Positions 1-10,559 of a stretch of DNA of 64,000 bases are shown in pieces. The translations under genes and the position numbers were made by a program. Each line of letters starts with the position of its first letter. The stretch's first letter is position 1. The notes beneath the pieces were generated by a model. It had not been told where the DNA came from. It saw nothing but the letters and a program-made list of their open reading frames with translations, and ran no database searches. The stretch is from Eledone cirrhosa (Eukaryota), in the NCBI GenBank assembly GCA_964016885.1, contig CAXHJY010000898.1, positions 124,001 to 188,000 on the forward strand, written 5' to 3'.

Positions 1-3000
1 GATAGCTTAGCTTAGCTTAGCTTAGCTTAGGATAGCTTAGCTTAGCTTAGCTTAGCTTAGGATAGCTTAGCTTAGCTTAGCTTAGCTTAGCTTAGGATAG
101 CTTAGCTTAGCTTAGCTTAGGATAGCTTAGCTTAGTTTAGGATAGCTTAGCTTAGCTTAGCTTAGGATAGCTTAGGATAGCTTAGCTTAGGATAGCTTAG
201 GATAGCTTAGCTTAGGATAGCTTAGGATAGCTTAGGTTAGGATAGCTTAGCTTAGGATAGCTTAGGATAGCTTAGCTTAGGATAGCTTAGGATAGCTTAG
301 CTTAGGATAGCTTAGGATAGCTTAGCTTAGAATAGCTTAGCTTAGGATAGCTTAGGAAAGCTTAGCTTAGCTTAGCTTAGGATAGCTTAGCTTAGCTTAG
401 CTTAGGATAGCTTAGCTTAGCTTAGCTTAGGATAGCTTAGGATAGCTTAGCTTAGGATAGCTTAGGATAGCTTAGCTTTGGATAGCTTAGCTTAGGAGAG
501 CTTAGCTTAGGATAGCTTAGGATAGCTTAGCTTAGGATAGCTTAGGATAGCTTAGCTTAGGATAGCTTAGCTTAGGATAGCTTAGGATAGCTTAGCTTAG
601 CTTAGCTTAGGATAGCTTAGCTTAGCTTAGCTTAGCTTAGGATAGCTTAGCTTAGCTTAGCTTAGCTTAGGATAGCTTAGCTTAGCTTAGCTTAGGATAG
701 CTTAGGATAGCTTAGCTTAGGATAGCTTAGGATAGCTTAGCTTAGGATAGCTTAGGATAGCTTAGCTTAGAATAGCTTAGGATAGCTTAGCTTAGGATAG
801 CTTAGCTTAGGATAGCTTAGCTTAGCTTAGCTTAGGATAGCTTAGCTTAGGATAGCTTAGGATAGCTTAGCTTAGGATAGCTTAGCTAAGGATAGCTTAG
901 GATAGCTTAGCTTAGCTTAGCTTAGGATAGCTTAGCTTAGCTTAGGATAGCTTAGCTTAGCTTAGGATAGCTTAGCTTAGCTTAGCTTAGGATAGCTTAG
1001 CTTAGCTTAGCTTAGGATAGCTTAGCTTAGCTTAGCTTAGGATAGCTTAGCTTAGCTTAGGATAGCTCAGCTTAGCTTAGCTTAGGAAAGCTTAGCTTAG
1101 CTTAGCTTAGGATAGCTTAGCTTAGGATAGCTTAGCTTAGGATAGCTTAGCTTAGGTTAGCTTAGCTTAGCTTAGCTTAGGATAGCTTAGGATAGCTTAG
1201 CTTAGGATAGCTTAGCTTAGCTTAGCTTAGGATAGCTTAGCTTAGCTTAGCTTAGGATAGCTTAGCTTAGCTTAGCTTAGGATAGCTTAGCTTAGGATAG
1301 CTTAGGATAGCTTAGCTTAGCTTAGCTTAGGATAGTTTAGCTTAGCTTAGCTTAGGATAGCTTAGCTTAGCTTAGGATAGCTTAGCTTAGCTTAGCTTAG
1401 GATAGCTTAGCTTAGCTTAGCTTAGGATAGCTTAGCTTAGGTTAGCTTAGGATAGCTTAGGATAGCTTAGCTTAGGATAGCTTAGGATAGCTTAGCTTAG
1501 GATAGCTTAGCTTAGGATAGCTTAGCTTAGGTTAGCTTAGCTTAGCTTAGCTTAGGATAGCTTAGGATAGCTTAGCTTAGGATAGCTTAGCTTAGCTTAG
1601 CTTAGGATAGCTTAGCTTAGGATAGCTTAGGATAGCTTAGCTTAGGATAGCTTAGCTTAGGATAGCTTAGCTTAGGATAGCTTAGGATAGCTTAGCTTAG
1701 CTTAGCTTAGGATAGCTTAGCTTAGCTTAGCTTAGGATAGCTTAGCTTAGGTTAGCTTAGCTTAGCTTAGCTTAGGATAGCTTAGCTTAGGATAGCTTAG
1801 GATAGCTTAGCTTAGGATAGCTTAGCTTAGGATAGCTTAGGATAGCTTAGCTTAGGATAGCTTAGAATAGCTTAGCTTAGGATAGCTTAGCTTAGGATAG
1901 CTTAGGATAGCTTAGCTTAGCTTAGCTTAGGATAGCTTAGCTTAGCTTAGCTTAGGATAGCTTAGCTTAGCTTAGCTTAGGATAGCTTAGCTTAGCTTAG
2001 CTTAGGATAGCTTAGGATAGCTTAGCTTAGGATAGCTTAGGATAGCTTAGGATAGCTTAGCTTAGCTTAGCTTAGGATAGCTTAGCTTAGCTTAGCTTAG
2101 GATAGCTTAGCTTAGCTTAGCTTAGGATAGCTTAGCTTAGCTTAGGATAGCTTAGCTTAGCTTAGCTTAGGATAGCTTAGCTTAGCTTAGCTTAGGATAG
2201 CTTAGCTTAGCTTAGGATAGCTTAGCTTAGCTTAGGATAGCTTAGCTTAGCTTAGCTTAGGATAGCTTAGCTTAGCTTAGCTTAGGATAGCTTAGCTTAG
2301 CTTAGCTTAGGATAGCTTAGCTTAGCTTAGCTTAGGATAGCTTAGCTTAGCTTAGCTTAGGATAGCTTAGCTTAGCTTAGCTTAGGATAGCTTAGCTTAG
2401 CTTAGCTTAGGATAGATTAGCTTAGCTTAGGATAGCTTAGCTTAGCTTAGCTTAGGAAAGCTTAGCTTAGCTTAGGATAGCTTAGCTTAGCTTAGCTTAG
2501 GAGAGCTTAGCTTAGCTTAGGATAGCTTAGCTTAGCTTAGCTTAGGATAGCTTAGCTTAGCTTAGCTTAGGTAGCTTAGCTTAGCTTAGCTTAGGATAGC
2601 TTAGCTTAGCTTAGCTTAGGATAGCTTAGGATAGCTTAGCTTAGGATAGCTTAGGATAGCTTACCTTAGGAGAGCTTAGCTTAGGATAGCTTAGCTTAGG
2701 ATAGCTTAGGATAGCTTAGCTTAGGATAGCTTAGCTTAGGATAGCTTAGCTTAGGATAGCTTAGGATAGCTTAGCTTAGCTTAGCTTAGGATAGCTTAGC
2801 TTAGCTTAGCTTAGGATAGCTTAGCTTAGGTTAGCTTAGCTTAGCTTAGCTTAGGATAGCTTAGGATAGCTTAGCTTAGGATAGCTTAGGATAGCTTAGC
2901 TTAGGATAGCTTAGGATAGCTTAGCTTAGGATAGCTTAGCTTAGGATAGCTTAGGATTGCTTAGCTTAGGATAGCTTAGGATAGCTTAGCTTAGGATCGC

Positions 3001-6000
3001 TTAGGATAGCTTAGCTTAGCTTAGCTTAGGATAGCTTAGCTTAGCTTAGCTTAGGATAGCTTAGCTTAGCTTAGCTTAGGATAGCTTAGCTTAGCTTAGC
3101 TTAGGATAGCTTAGGATAGCTTAGCTTAGGATAGCTTAGGATAGCTTAGCTTAGGATAGCTTAGGATAGCTTAGCTTAGGATAGCTTAGCTTAGGATAGC
3201 TTAGCTTAGGATAGCTTAGGATAGCTTAGCTTAGGATAGCTTAGGATAGCTTAGCTTAGGATAGCTTAGCTTAGGATAGCTTAGCTTAGGATAGCTTAGG
3301 ATAGCTTAGCTTAGCTTAGCTTAGGATAGCTTAGCTTAGCTTAGCTTAGGATAGCTTAGCTTAGCTTAGCTTAGGATAGCTTAGCTTAGCTTAGCTTAGG
3401 ATAGCTTAGGATAGCTTAGCTTAGGATAGCTTAGGATAGCTTAGCTTAGGTTAGCTTAGGATAGCTTAGCTTAGGATAGATTAGCTTAGGATAGCTTAGC
3501 TTAGGATAGCTTAGGATAGCTTAGCTTAGGATAGCTTAGGATAGCTTAGCTTAGAATAGCTTAGCTTAGGATAGCTTAGGAAAGCTTAGCTTAGCTTAGC
3601 TTAGGATAGCTTAGCTTAGCTTAGCTTAGGATAGCTTAGCTTAGCTTAGCTTAGGATAGCTTAGGATAGCTTAGCTTAGGATAGCTTAGGATAGCTTAGC
3701 TTTGGATAGCTTAGCTTAGGAGAGCTTAGCTTAGGATAGCTTAGGATAGCTTAGCTTAGGATAGCTTAGGATAGCTTAGCTTAGGATAGCTTAGCTTAGG
3801 ATAGCTTAGGATAGCTTAGCTTAGCTTAGCTTAGGATAGCTTAGCTTAGCTTAGCTTAGGATAGCTTAGCTTAGCTTAGCTTAGCTTAGGATAGCTTAGC
3901 TTAGCTTAGCTTAGGATAGCTTAGGATAGCTTAGCTTAGGATAGCTTAGGATAGCTTAGCTTAGGATAGCTTAGGATAGCTTAGCTTAGGATAGCTTAGG
4001 ATAGCTTAGCTTAGGATAGCTTAGCTTAGGATAGCTTAGCTTAGCTTAGCTTAGGATAGCTTAGCTTAGGATAGCTTAGGATAGCTTAGCTTAGGATAGC
4101 TTAGCTTAGGATAGCTTAGGATAGCTTAGCTTAGCTTAGCTTAGGATAGCTTAGCTTAGCTTAGCTTAGGATAGCTTAGCTTAGCTTAGGATAGCTTAGC
4201 TTAGCTTAGCTTAGGATAGCTTAGCTTAGCTTAGCTTAGGATAGCTTAGCTTAGCTTAGCTTAGGATAGCTTAGCTTAGCTTAGGATAGCTCAGCTTAGC
4301 TTAGCTTAGGATAGCTTAGCTTAGGTTAGCTTAGGATAGCTTAGGATAGCTTAGGATAGCTTAGCTTAGCTTAGCTTAGGATAGCTTAGCTTAGCTTAGC
4401 TTAGGATAGCTTAGCTTAGCTTAGCTTAGGATAGCTTAGCTTAGCTTAGGATAGCTTAGCTTAGCTTAGCTTAGGATAGCTTAGCTTAGCTTAGGATAGC
4501 TTAGCTTAGCTTAGCTTAGGATAGCTTAGCTTTGCTTAGGATAGCTTAGCTTAGCTTAGCTTAGGATAGCTTAGCTTAGCTTAGCTTAGGATAGCTTAGC
4601 TTAGGTTAGCTTAGGATAGCTTAGGATAGCTTAGGATAGCTTAGCTTAGCTTAGCTTAGGATAGCTTAGCTTAGCTTAGCTTAGGATAGCTTAGCTTAGC
4701 TTAGCTTAGGATAGATTAGCTTAGCTTAGGATAGCTTAGCTTAGCTTAGCTTAGGATAGCTTAGCTTAGCTTAGGATAGCTTAGCTTAGCTTAGCTTAGG
4801 ATAGCTTAGCTTTGCTTAGGATAGCTTAGCTTAGCTTAGGATAGCTTAGCTTAGCTTAGGATAGCTTAGCTTAGCTTAGCTTAGGATAGATTAGCTTAGC
4901 TTAGGATAGCTTAGCTTAGCTTAGCTTAGGAAAGCTTAGCTTAGCTTAGGATAGCTTAGCTTAGCTTAGCTTAGGAGAGCTTAGCTTAGCTTAGGATAGC
5001 TTAGCTTAGCTTAGCTTAGGATAGCTTAGCTTAGCTTAGCTTAGGTAGCTTAGCTTAGCTTAGCTTAGGATAGCTTAGCTTAGCTTAGCTTAGCTTAGGA
5101 TAGCTTAGCTTAGCTTAGCTTAGGATAGCTTAGCTTAGCTTAGCTTAGGATAGCTTAGGATAGCTTAGCTTAGGATAGCTTAGGATAGCTTACCTTAGGA
5201 GAGCTTAGCTTAGGATAGCTTAGCTTAGGATAGCTTAGGATAGCTTAGCTTAGGATAGCTTAGCTTAGGATAGCTTAGCTTAGGATAGCTTAGGATAGCT
5301 TAGCTTAGCTTAGCTTAGGATAGCTTAGCTTAGCTTAGCTTAGGATAGCTTAGCTTAGGTTAGCTTAGCTTAGCTTAGCTTAGGATAGCTTAGCTTAGGA
5401 TAGCTTAGGATAGCTTAGCTTAGGATAGCTTAGCTTAGGATAGCTTAGCTTAGCTTTGCTTAGGATAGCTTAGCTTAGCTTAGCTTAGGATAGCTTAGCT
5501 TAGCTTAGCTTAGGATAGCTTAGCTTAGCTTAGCTTAGGATAGCTTAGCTTAGCTTAGCTTAGGATAGCTTAGCTTAGGATAGCTTAGCTTAGCTTAGCT
5601 TAGGATCGCTTAGCTTAGCTTAGCTTAGGATAGCTTAGCTTAGCTTAGGATAGCTTAGCTTAGCTTAGCTTAGGATAGCTTAGCTTAGCTTAGGATAGCT
5701 TAGGATAGCTTAGCTTAGGAGAGCTTAGCTTAGCTTAGCTTAGGATAGCTTAGCTTAGCTTAGCTTAGGATAGCTTAGCTTAACTTAGCTTAGGATAGCT
5801 TAGCTTAGCTTAACTTAGGATAGCTTAGCTTAGCTTAGCTTAGGATAGCTTAGCTTAGCTTAGCTTAGGATAGCTTAGCTTAGCTTAGCTTAGGATAGCT
5901 TAGGATAGCTTAGCTTAGGATAGCTTAGGATAGCTTACCTTAGGAGAGCTTAGCTTAGGATAGCTTAGCTTAGGATAGCTTAGGATAGCTTAGCTTAGGA

Positions 6001-8845
6001 TAGCTTAGCTTAGGATAGCTTAGCTTAGGATAGCTTAGGATAGCTTAGCTTAGCTTAGCTTAGGATAGCTTAGCTTAGCTTAGCTTAGGATAGCTTAGCT
6101 TAGCTTAGCTTAGGATAGCTTAGCTTAGCTTAGCTTAGGATAGCTTAGGATAGCTTAGCTTAGGATAGCTTAGGATAGCTTAGCTTAGGATAGCTTAGGA
6201 TAGCTTAGCTTAGGATAGCTTAGCTTAGGAGAGCTTAGCTTAGGATAGCTTAGGATAGCTTAGCTTAGGATAGCTTAGGATAGCTTAGCTTAGGATAGCT
6301 TAGCTTAGGATAGCTTAGGATAGCTTAGCTTAACTTAGCTTAGGATAGCTTAGCTTAGCTTAGCTTAGGATAGCTTAGCTTAGCTTAGCTTAGGATAGCT
6401 TAGCTTAGCTTAGCTTAGGATAGCTTAGGATAGCTTAGCTTAGGATAGCTTAGGATAGCTTAGCTTAGGATAGCTTAGCTTAGCTTAGCTTAGGATAGCT
6501 TAGCTTAGCTTAGCTTAGAATAGCTTAGCTTAGGATAGCTTAGCTTAGGATAGCTTAGCTTAGGATAGCTTAGCTTAGGATAGCTTAGGATAGCTTAGCT
6601 TAGGATAGCTTAGGATAGCTTAGCTTAGGATAGCTTAGCTTAGCTTAGCTTAGGATAGCTTAGCTTAGCTTAGGATAGCTTAGCTTAGCTTAGCTTAGGA
6701 TAGCTTAGCTTAGGATAGCTTAGGAAAGCTTAGCTTAGCTTAGCTTAGGATAGCTTAGCTTAGCTTAGCTTAGGATAGCTTAGCTTAGCTTAGGATAGCT
6801 TAGCTTAGCTTAGCTTAGGATAGCTTAGCTTAGCTTAGTTTAGGATAGCTTAGCTTAGCTTAGCTTAGGATAGCTTAGCTTGGCTTAGCTTAGGATAGCT
6901 TAGCTTAGCTTAGCTTAGGATAGCTTAGCTTAGGATAGCTTAGCTTAGCTTAGCTTAGGATAGCTTAGCTTAGCTTAGCTTAGGATAGCTTAGCTTAGGA
7001 TAGCTTAGCTTAGCTTAGCTTAGGATAGCTTAGCATAGCTTAGCTTAGGATAGCTTAGCTTAGCTTAGCTTAGGATAGCTTAGCTTAGCTTAGCTTAGGA
7101 TAGCTTAGCTTAGCTTAGCTTAGGATAGCTTAGCTTAGCTTAGCTTAGGATAGCTTAGCTTAGCTTAGCTTAGGATAGCTTAGCATAGCTTAGCTTAGGA
7201 TAGCTTAGCTTAGCTTAGCTTAGGATAGCTTAGCTTAGCTTAGGATAGCTTAGCTTAGCTTGGCTTAGGATAGCTTAGCTTAGCTTGGCTTAGGATAGCT
7301 TAGCTTAGCTTAGCTTAGGATAGCTTAGCTTAGGATAGCTTAGGATAGCTTAGCTTAGCTTAGCTTAGGATAGCTTAGCTTAGTTTAGGATAGCTTAGCT
7401 TAGCTTAGCTTAGGATAGCTTAGGATAGCTTAGCTTAGGATAGCTTAGGATAGCTTAGCTTAGGATAGCTTAGGATAGCTTAGCTTAGGATAGCTTAGGA
7501 TAGCTTAGGTTAGGATAGCTTAGCTTAGGATAGCTTAGGATAGCTTAGCTTAGGATAGCTTAGGATAGCTTAGCTTAGGATAGCTTAGGATAGCTTAGCT
7601 TAGGATAGCTTAGCTTAGGATAGCTTAGGAAAGCTTAGCTTAGCTTAGCTTAGGATAGCTTAGCTTAGCTTAGCTTAGGATAGCTTAGCTTAGCTTAGCT
7701 TAGGATAGCTTAGGATAGCTTAGCTTAGGATAGCTTAGGATAGCTTAGCTTAGGATAGCTTAGCTTAGGATAGCTTAGCTTAGGATAGCTTAGGATAGCT
7801 TAGCTTAGGATAGCTTAGGATAGCTTAGCTTAGGTAGCTTAGCTTAGGATAGCTTAGGATAGCTTAGCTTAGCTTAGCTTAGGATAGCTTAGCTTAGCTT
7901 AGGATAGCTTAGCTTAGCTTAGCTTAGCTTAGGATAGCTTAGCTTAGCTTAGGATAGCTTAGGATAGCTTAGCTTAGGATAGCTTAGGATAGCTTAGCTT
8001 AGGATAGCTTAGGATAGCTTAGCTTAGGATAGCTTAGGATAGCTTAGCTTAGGATAGCTTAGCTTAGGATAGCTTAGCTTAGCTTAGCTTAGGATAGCTT
8101 AGCTTAGGATAGCTTAGGATATCTTAGGTTAGGATAGCTTAGCTTAGGATAGCTTAGGATAGATTAGCTTAGCTTAGCTTAGGATAGCTTAGCTTAGCTT
8201 AGCTTAGGATAGCTTAGCTTAGCTTAGGATAGCTTAGCTTAGCTTAGCTTAGGATAGCTTAGCTTAGCTTAGCTTAGGATAGCTTAGCTTAGCTTAGGAT
8301 AGCTTAGCTTAGCTTAGCTTAGGATAGCTTAGCTTAGCTTAGCTTAGGATAGCTTAGCTTAGGATAGCTTAGCTTAGGATAGCTTAGCTTAGGTTAGCTT
8401 AGCTTAGCTTAGCTTAGGATAGCTTAGGATAGCTTAGCTTAGGATAACTTAGCTTAGCTTAGCTTAGGATAGCTTAGCTTAGCTTAGCTTAGGATAGCTT
8501 AGCTTAGCTTAGCTTAGGATAGCTTAGCTTAGGATAGCTTAGGATTGCTTAGCTTAGCTTAGCTTAGGATAGCTTAGCTTAGCTTAGCTTAGGATAGCTT
8601 AGCTTAGCTTAGGATAGCTTAGCTTAGCTTAGCTTAGGATAGCTTAGCTTAGCTTAGCTTAGGATAGCTTAGCTTAGCTTAGCTTAGGATAGCTTAGGAT
8701 AGCTTAGGATAGCTTAGCTTAGCTTAGCTTAGGATAGCTTAGCTTAGCTTAGGATAGCTTAGCTTAGCTTAGCTTAGGATAGCTTAGCTTAGCTTAGGAT
8801 AGCTTAGCTTAGCTTAGCTTAGGATAGCTTAGCTTAGCTTAGCTT
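1..8845 (+). repeat. Copy 1 of ~55.2-kb-offset higher-order duplication (matches 55201-64000)
   Basis: Markers at offset 55200: TTTAG 136/55336, AATAG 771/55971, CTAAG 886/56086, CTCAG 1066/56266, GTAG 2571/57771. Offset is 55155 later: GTAG 7834/62989, GATAT 8118/63273. Confidence 0.93.
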
Positions 8846-10559
8846 AGGATAGCTTAGCTTAGCTTAGCTTAGGATAGCTTAGCTTAGCTTAGCTTAGGAT
8901 AGCTTAGCTTAGCTTAGCTTAGGATAGATTAGCTTAGCTTAGGATAGCTTAGCTTAGCTTAGGAAAGCTTAGCTTAGCTTAGGATAGCTTAGCTTAGCTT
9001 AGCTTAGGAGAGCTTAGCTTAGCTTAGCTTAGGATAGCTTAGCTTAGCTTAGGATAGCTTAGCTTAGCTTAGGTAGCTTAGCTTAGCTTAGCTTAGGATA
9101 GCTTAGCTTAGCTTAGCTTAGCTTAGGATAGCTTAGCTTAGCTTAGCTTAGGAGAGCTTAGCTTAGCTTAGCTTAGGATAGCTTAGGATAGCTTAGCTTA
9201 GGATAGCTTAGGATAGCTTACCTTAGGAGAGCTTAGCTTAGGATAGCTTAGCTTAGGATAGCTTAGGATAGCTTAGCTTAGGATAGCTTAGCTTAGGATA
9301 GCTTAGCTTAGGATAGCTTAGGATAGCTTAGCTTAGCTTAGCTTAGGATAGCTTAGCTTAGCTTAGCTTAGGATAGCTTAGCTTAGGTTAGCTTAGCTTA
9401 GCTTAGCTTAGCTTAGGATAGCTTAGCTTAGGATAGCTTAGGATAGCTTAGGATAGCTTAGCTTAGGATAGCTTAGCTTAGGATAGCTTAGGATAGCTTA
9501 GCTTAGGATAGCTTAGGATAGCTTAGCTTAGGATAGCTTAGCTTAGGATAGCTTAGGATAGCTTAGCTTAGCTTAGCTTAGGATAGCTTAGCTTAGCTTA
9601 GCTTAGGATAGCTTAGCTTAGCTTAGGATTGCTTAGCTTAGCTTAGCTTAGGATAGCTTAGGATAGCTTAGCTTAGGATAGCTTAGCTTAGGATAGCTTA
9701 GGATAGCTTAGGATAGCTTAGCTTAGCTTAGCTTAGGATAGCTTAGCTTAGCTTAGCTTAGGATAGCTTAGCTTAGCTTAGCTTAGGATAGCTTAGCTTA
9801 GCTTAGGATAGCTTAGCTTAGCTTAGCTTAGGATAGCTTAGCTTAGCTTAGCTTAGGACAGCTTAGCTTAGCTTAGCTTAGGATAGCTTAGCTTAGCTTA
9901 GGATAGCTTAGCTTAGCTTAGCTTAGGATAGCTTAGCTTAGGATAGCTTAGCTTAGGATAGCTTAGCTTGGGTTAGCTTAGCTTAGCTTAGCTTAGGATA
10001 GCTTAGGATAGCTTAGCTTAGGATAGCTTAGCTTAGCTTAGCTTAGGATAGCTTAGCTTAGCTTAGCTTAGGATAGCTTAGCTTAGCTTAGCTTAGGATA
10101 GCTTAGCTTAGCTTAGCTTAGGATAGCTTAGCTTAGGATAGCTTAGGATAGCTTAGCTTAGCTTAGCTTAGGATAGCTTAGCTTAGCTTAGCTTAGGATA
10201 GCTTAGCTTAGCTTAGGATAGCTTAGCTTAGCTTAGCTTAGGATAGCTTAGCTTAGCTTAGCTTAGGATAGCTTAGCTTAGCTTAGCTTAGGATAGCTTA
10301 GGATAGCTTAGGATAGCTTAGCTTAGCTTAGCTTAGGATAGCTTAGCTTAGCTTAGCTTAGGATAGCTTAGCTTAGCTTAGCTTAGGATAGCTTAGCTTA
10401 GCTTAGGATAGCTTAGCTTAGCTTAGGATAGCTTAGCTTAGCTTAGCTTAGGATAGCTTAGCTTAGCTTAGCTTAGGATAGCTTAGCTTAGCTTAGCTTA
10501 GGATAGCTTAGCTTAGCTTAGGATAGCTTAGCTTAGCTTAGCTTAGGATAGCTTAGCTT

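Noticed and set aside
881-890. CTAAG units (886, 17357, 26080, 32687, 56086) as inversions
   Set aside because: A single T->A substitution gives the reverse-complement unit. The flanks keep their orientation and no CTATC is seen.
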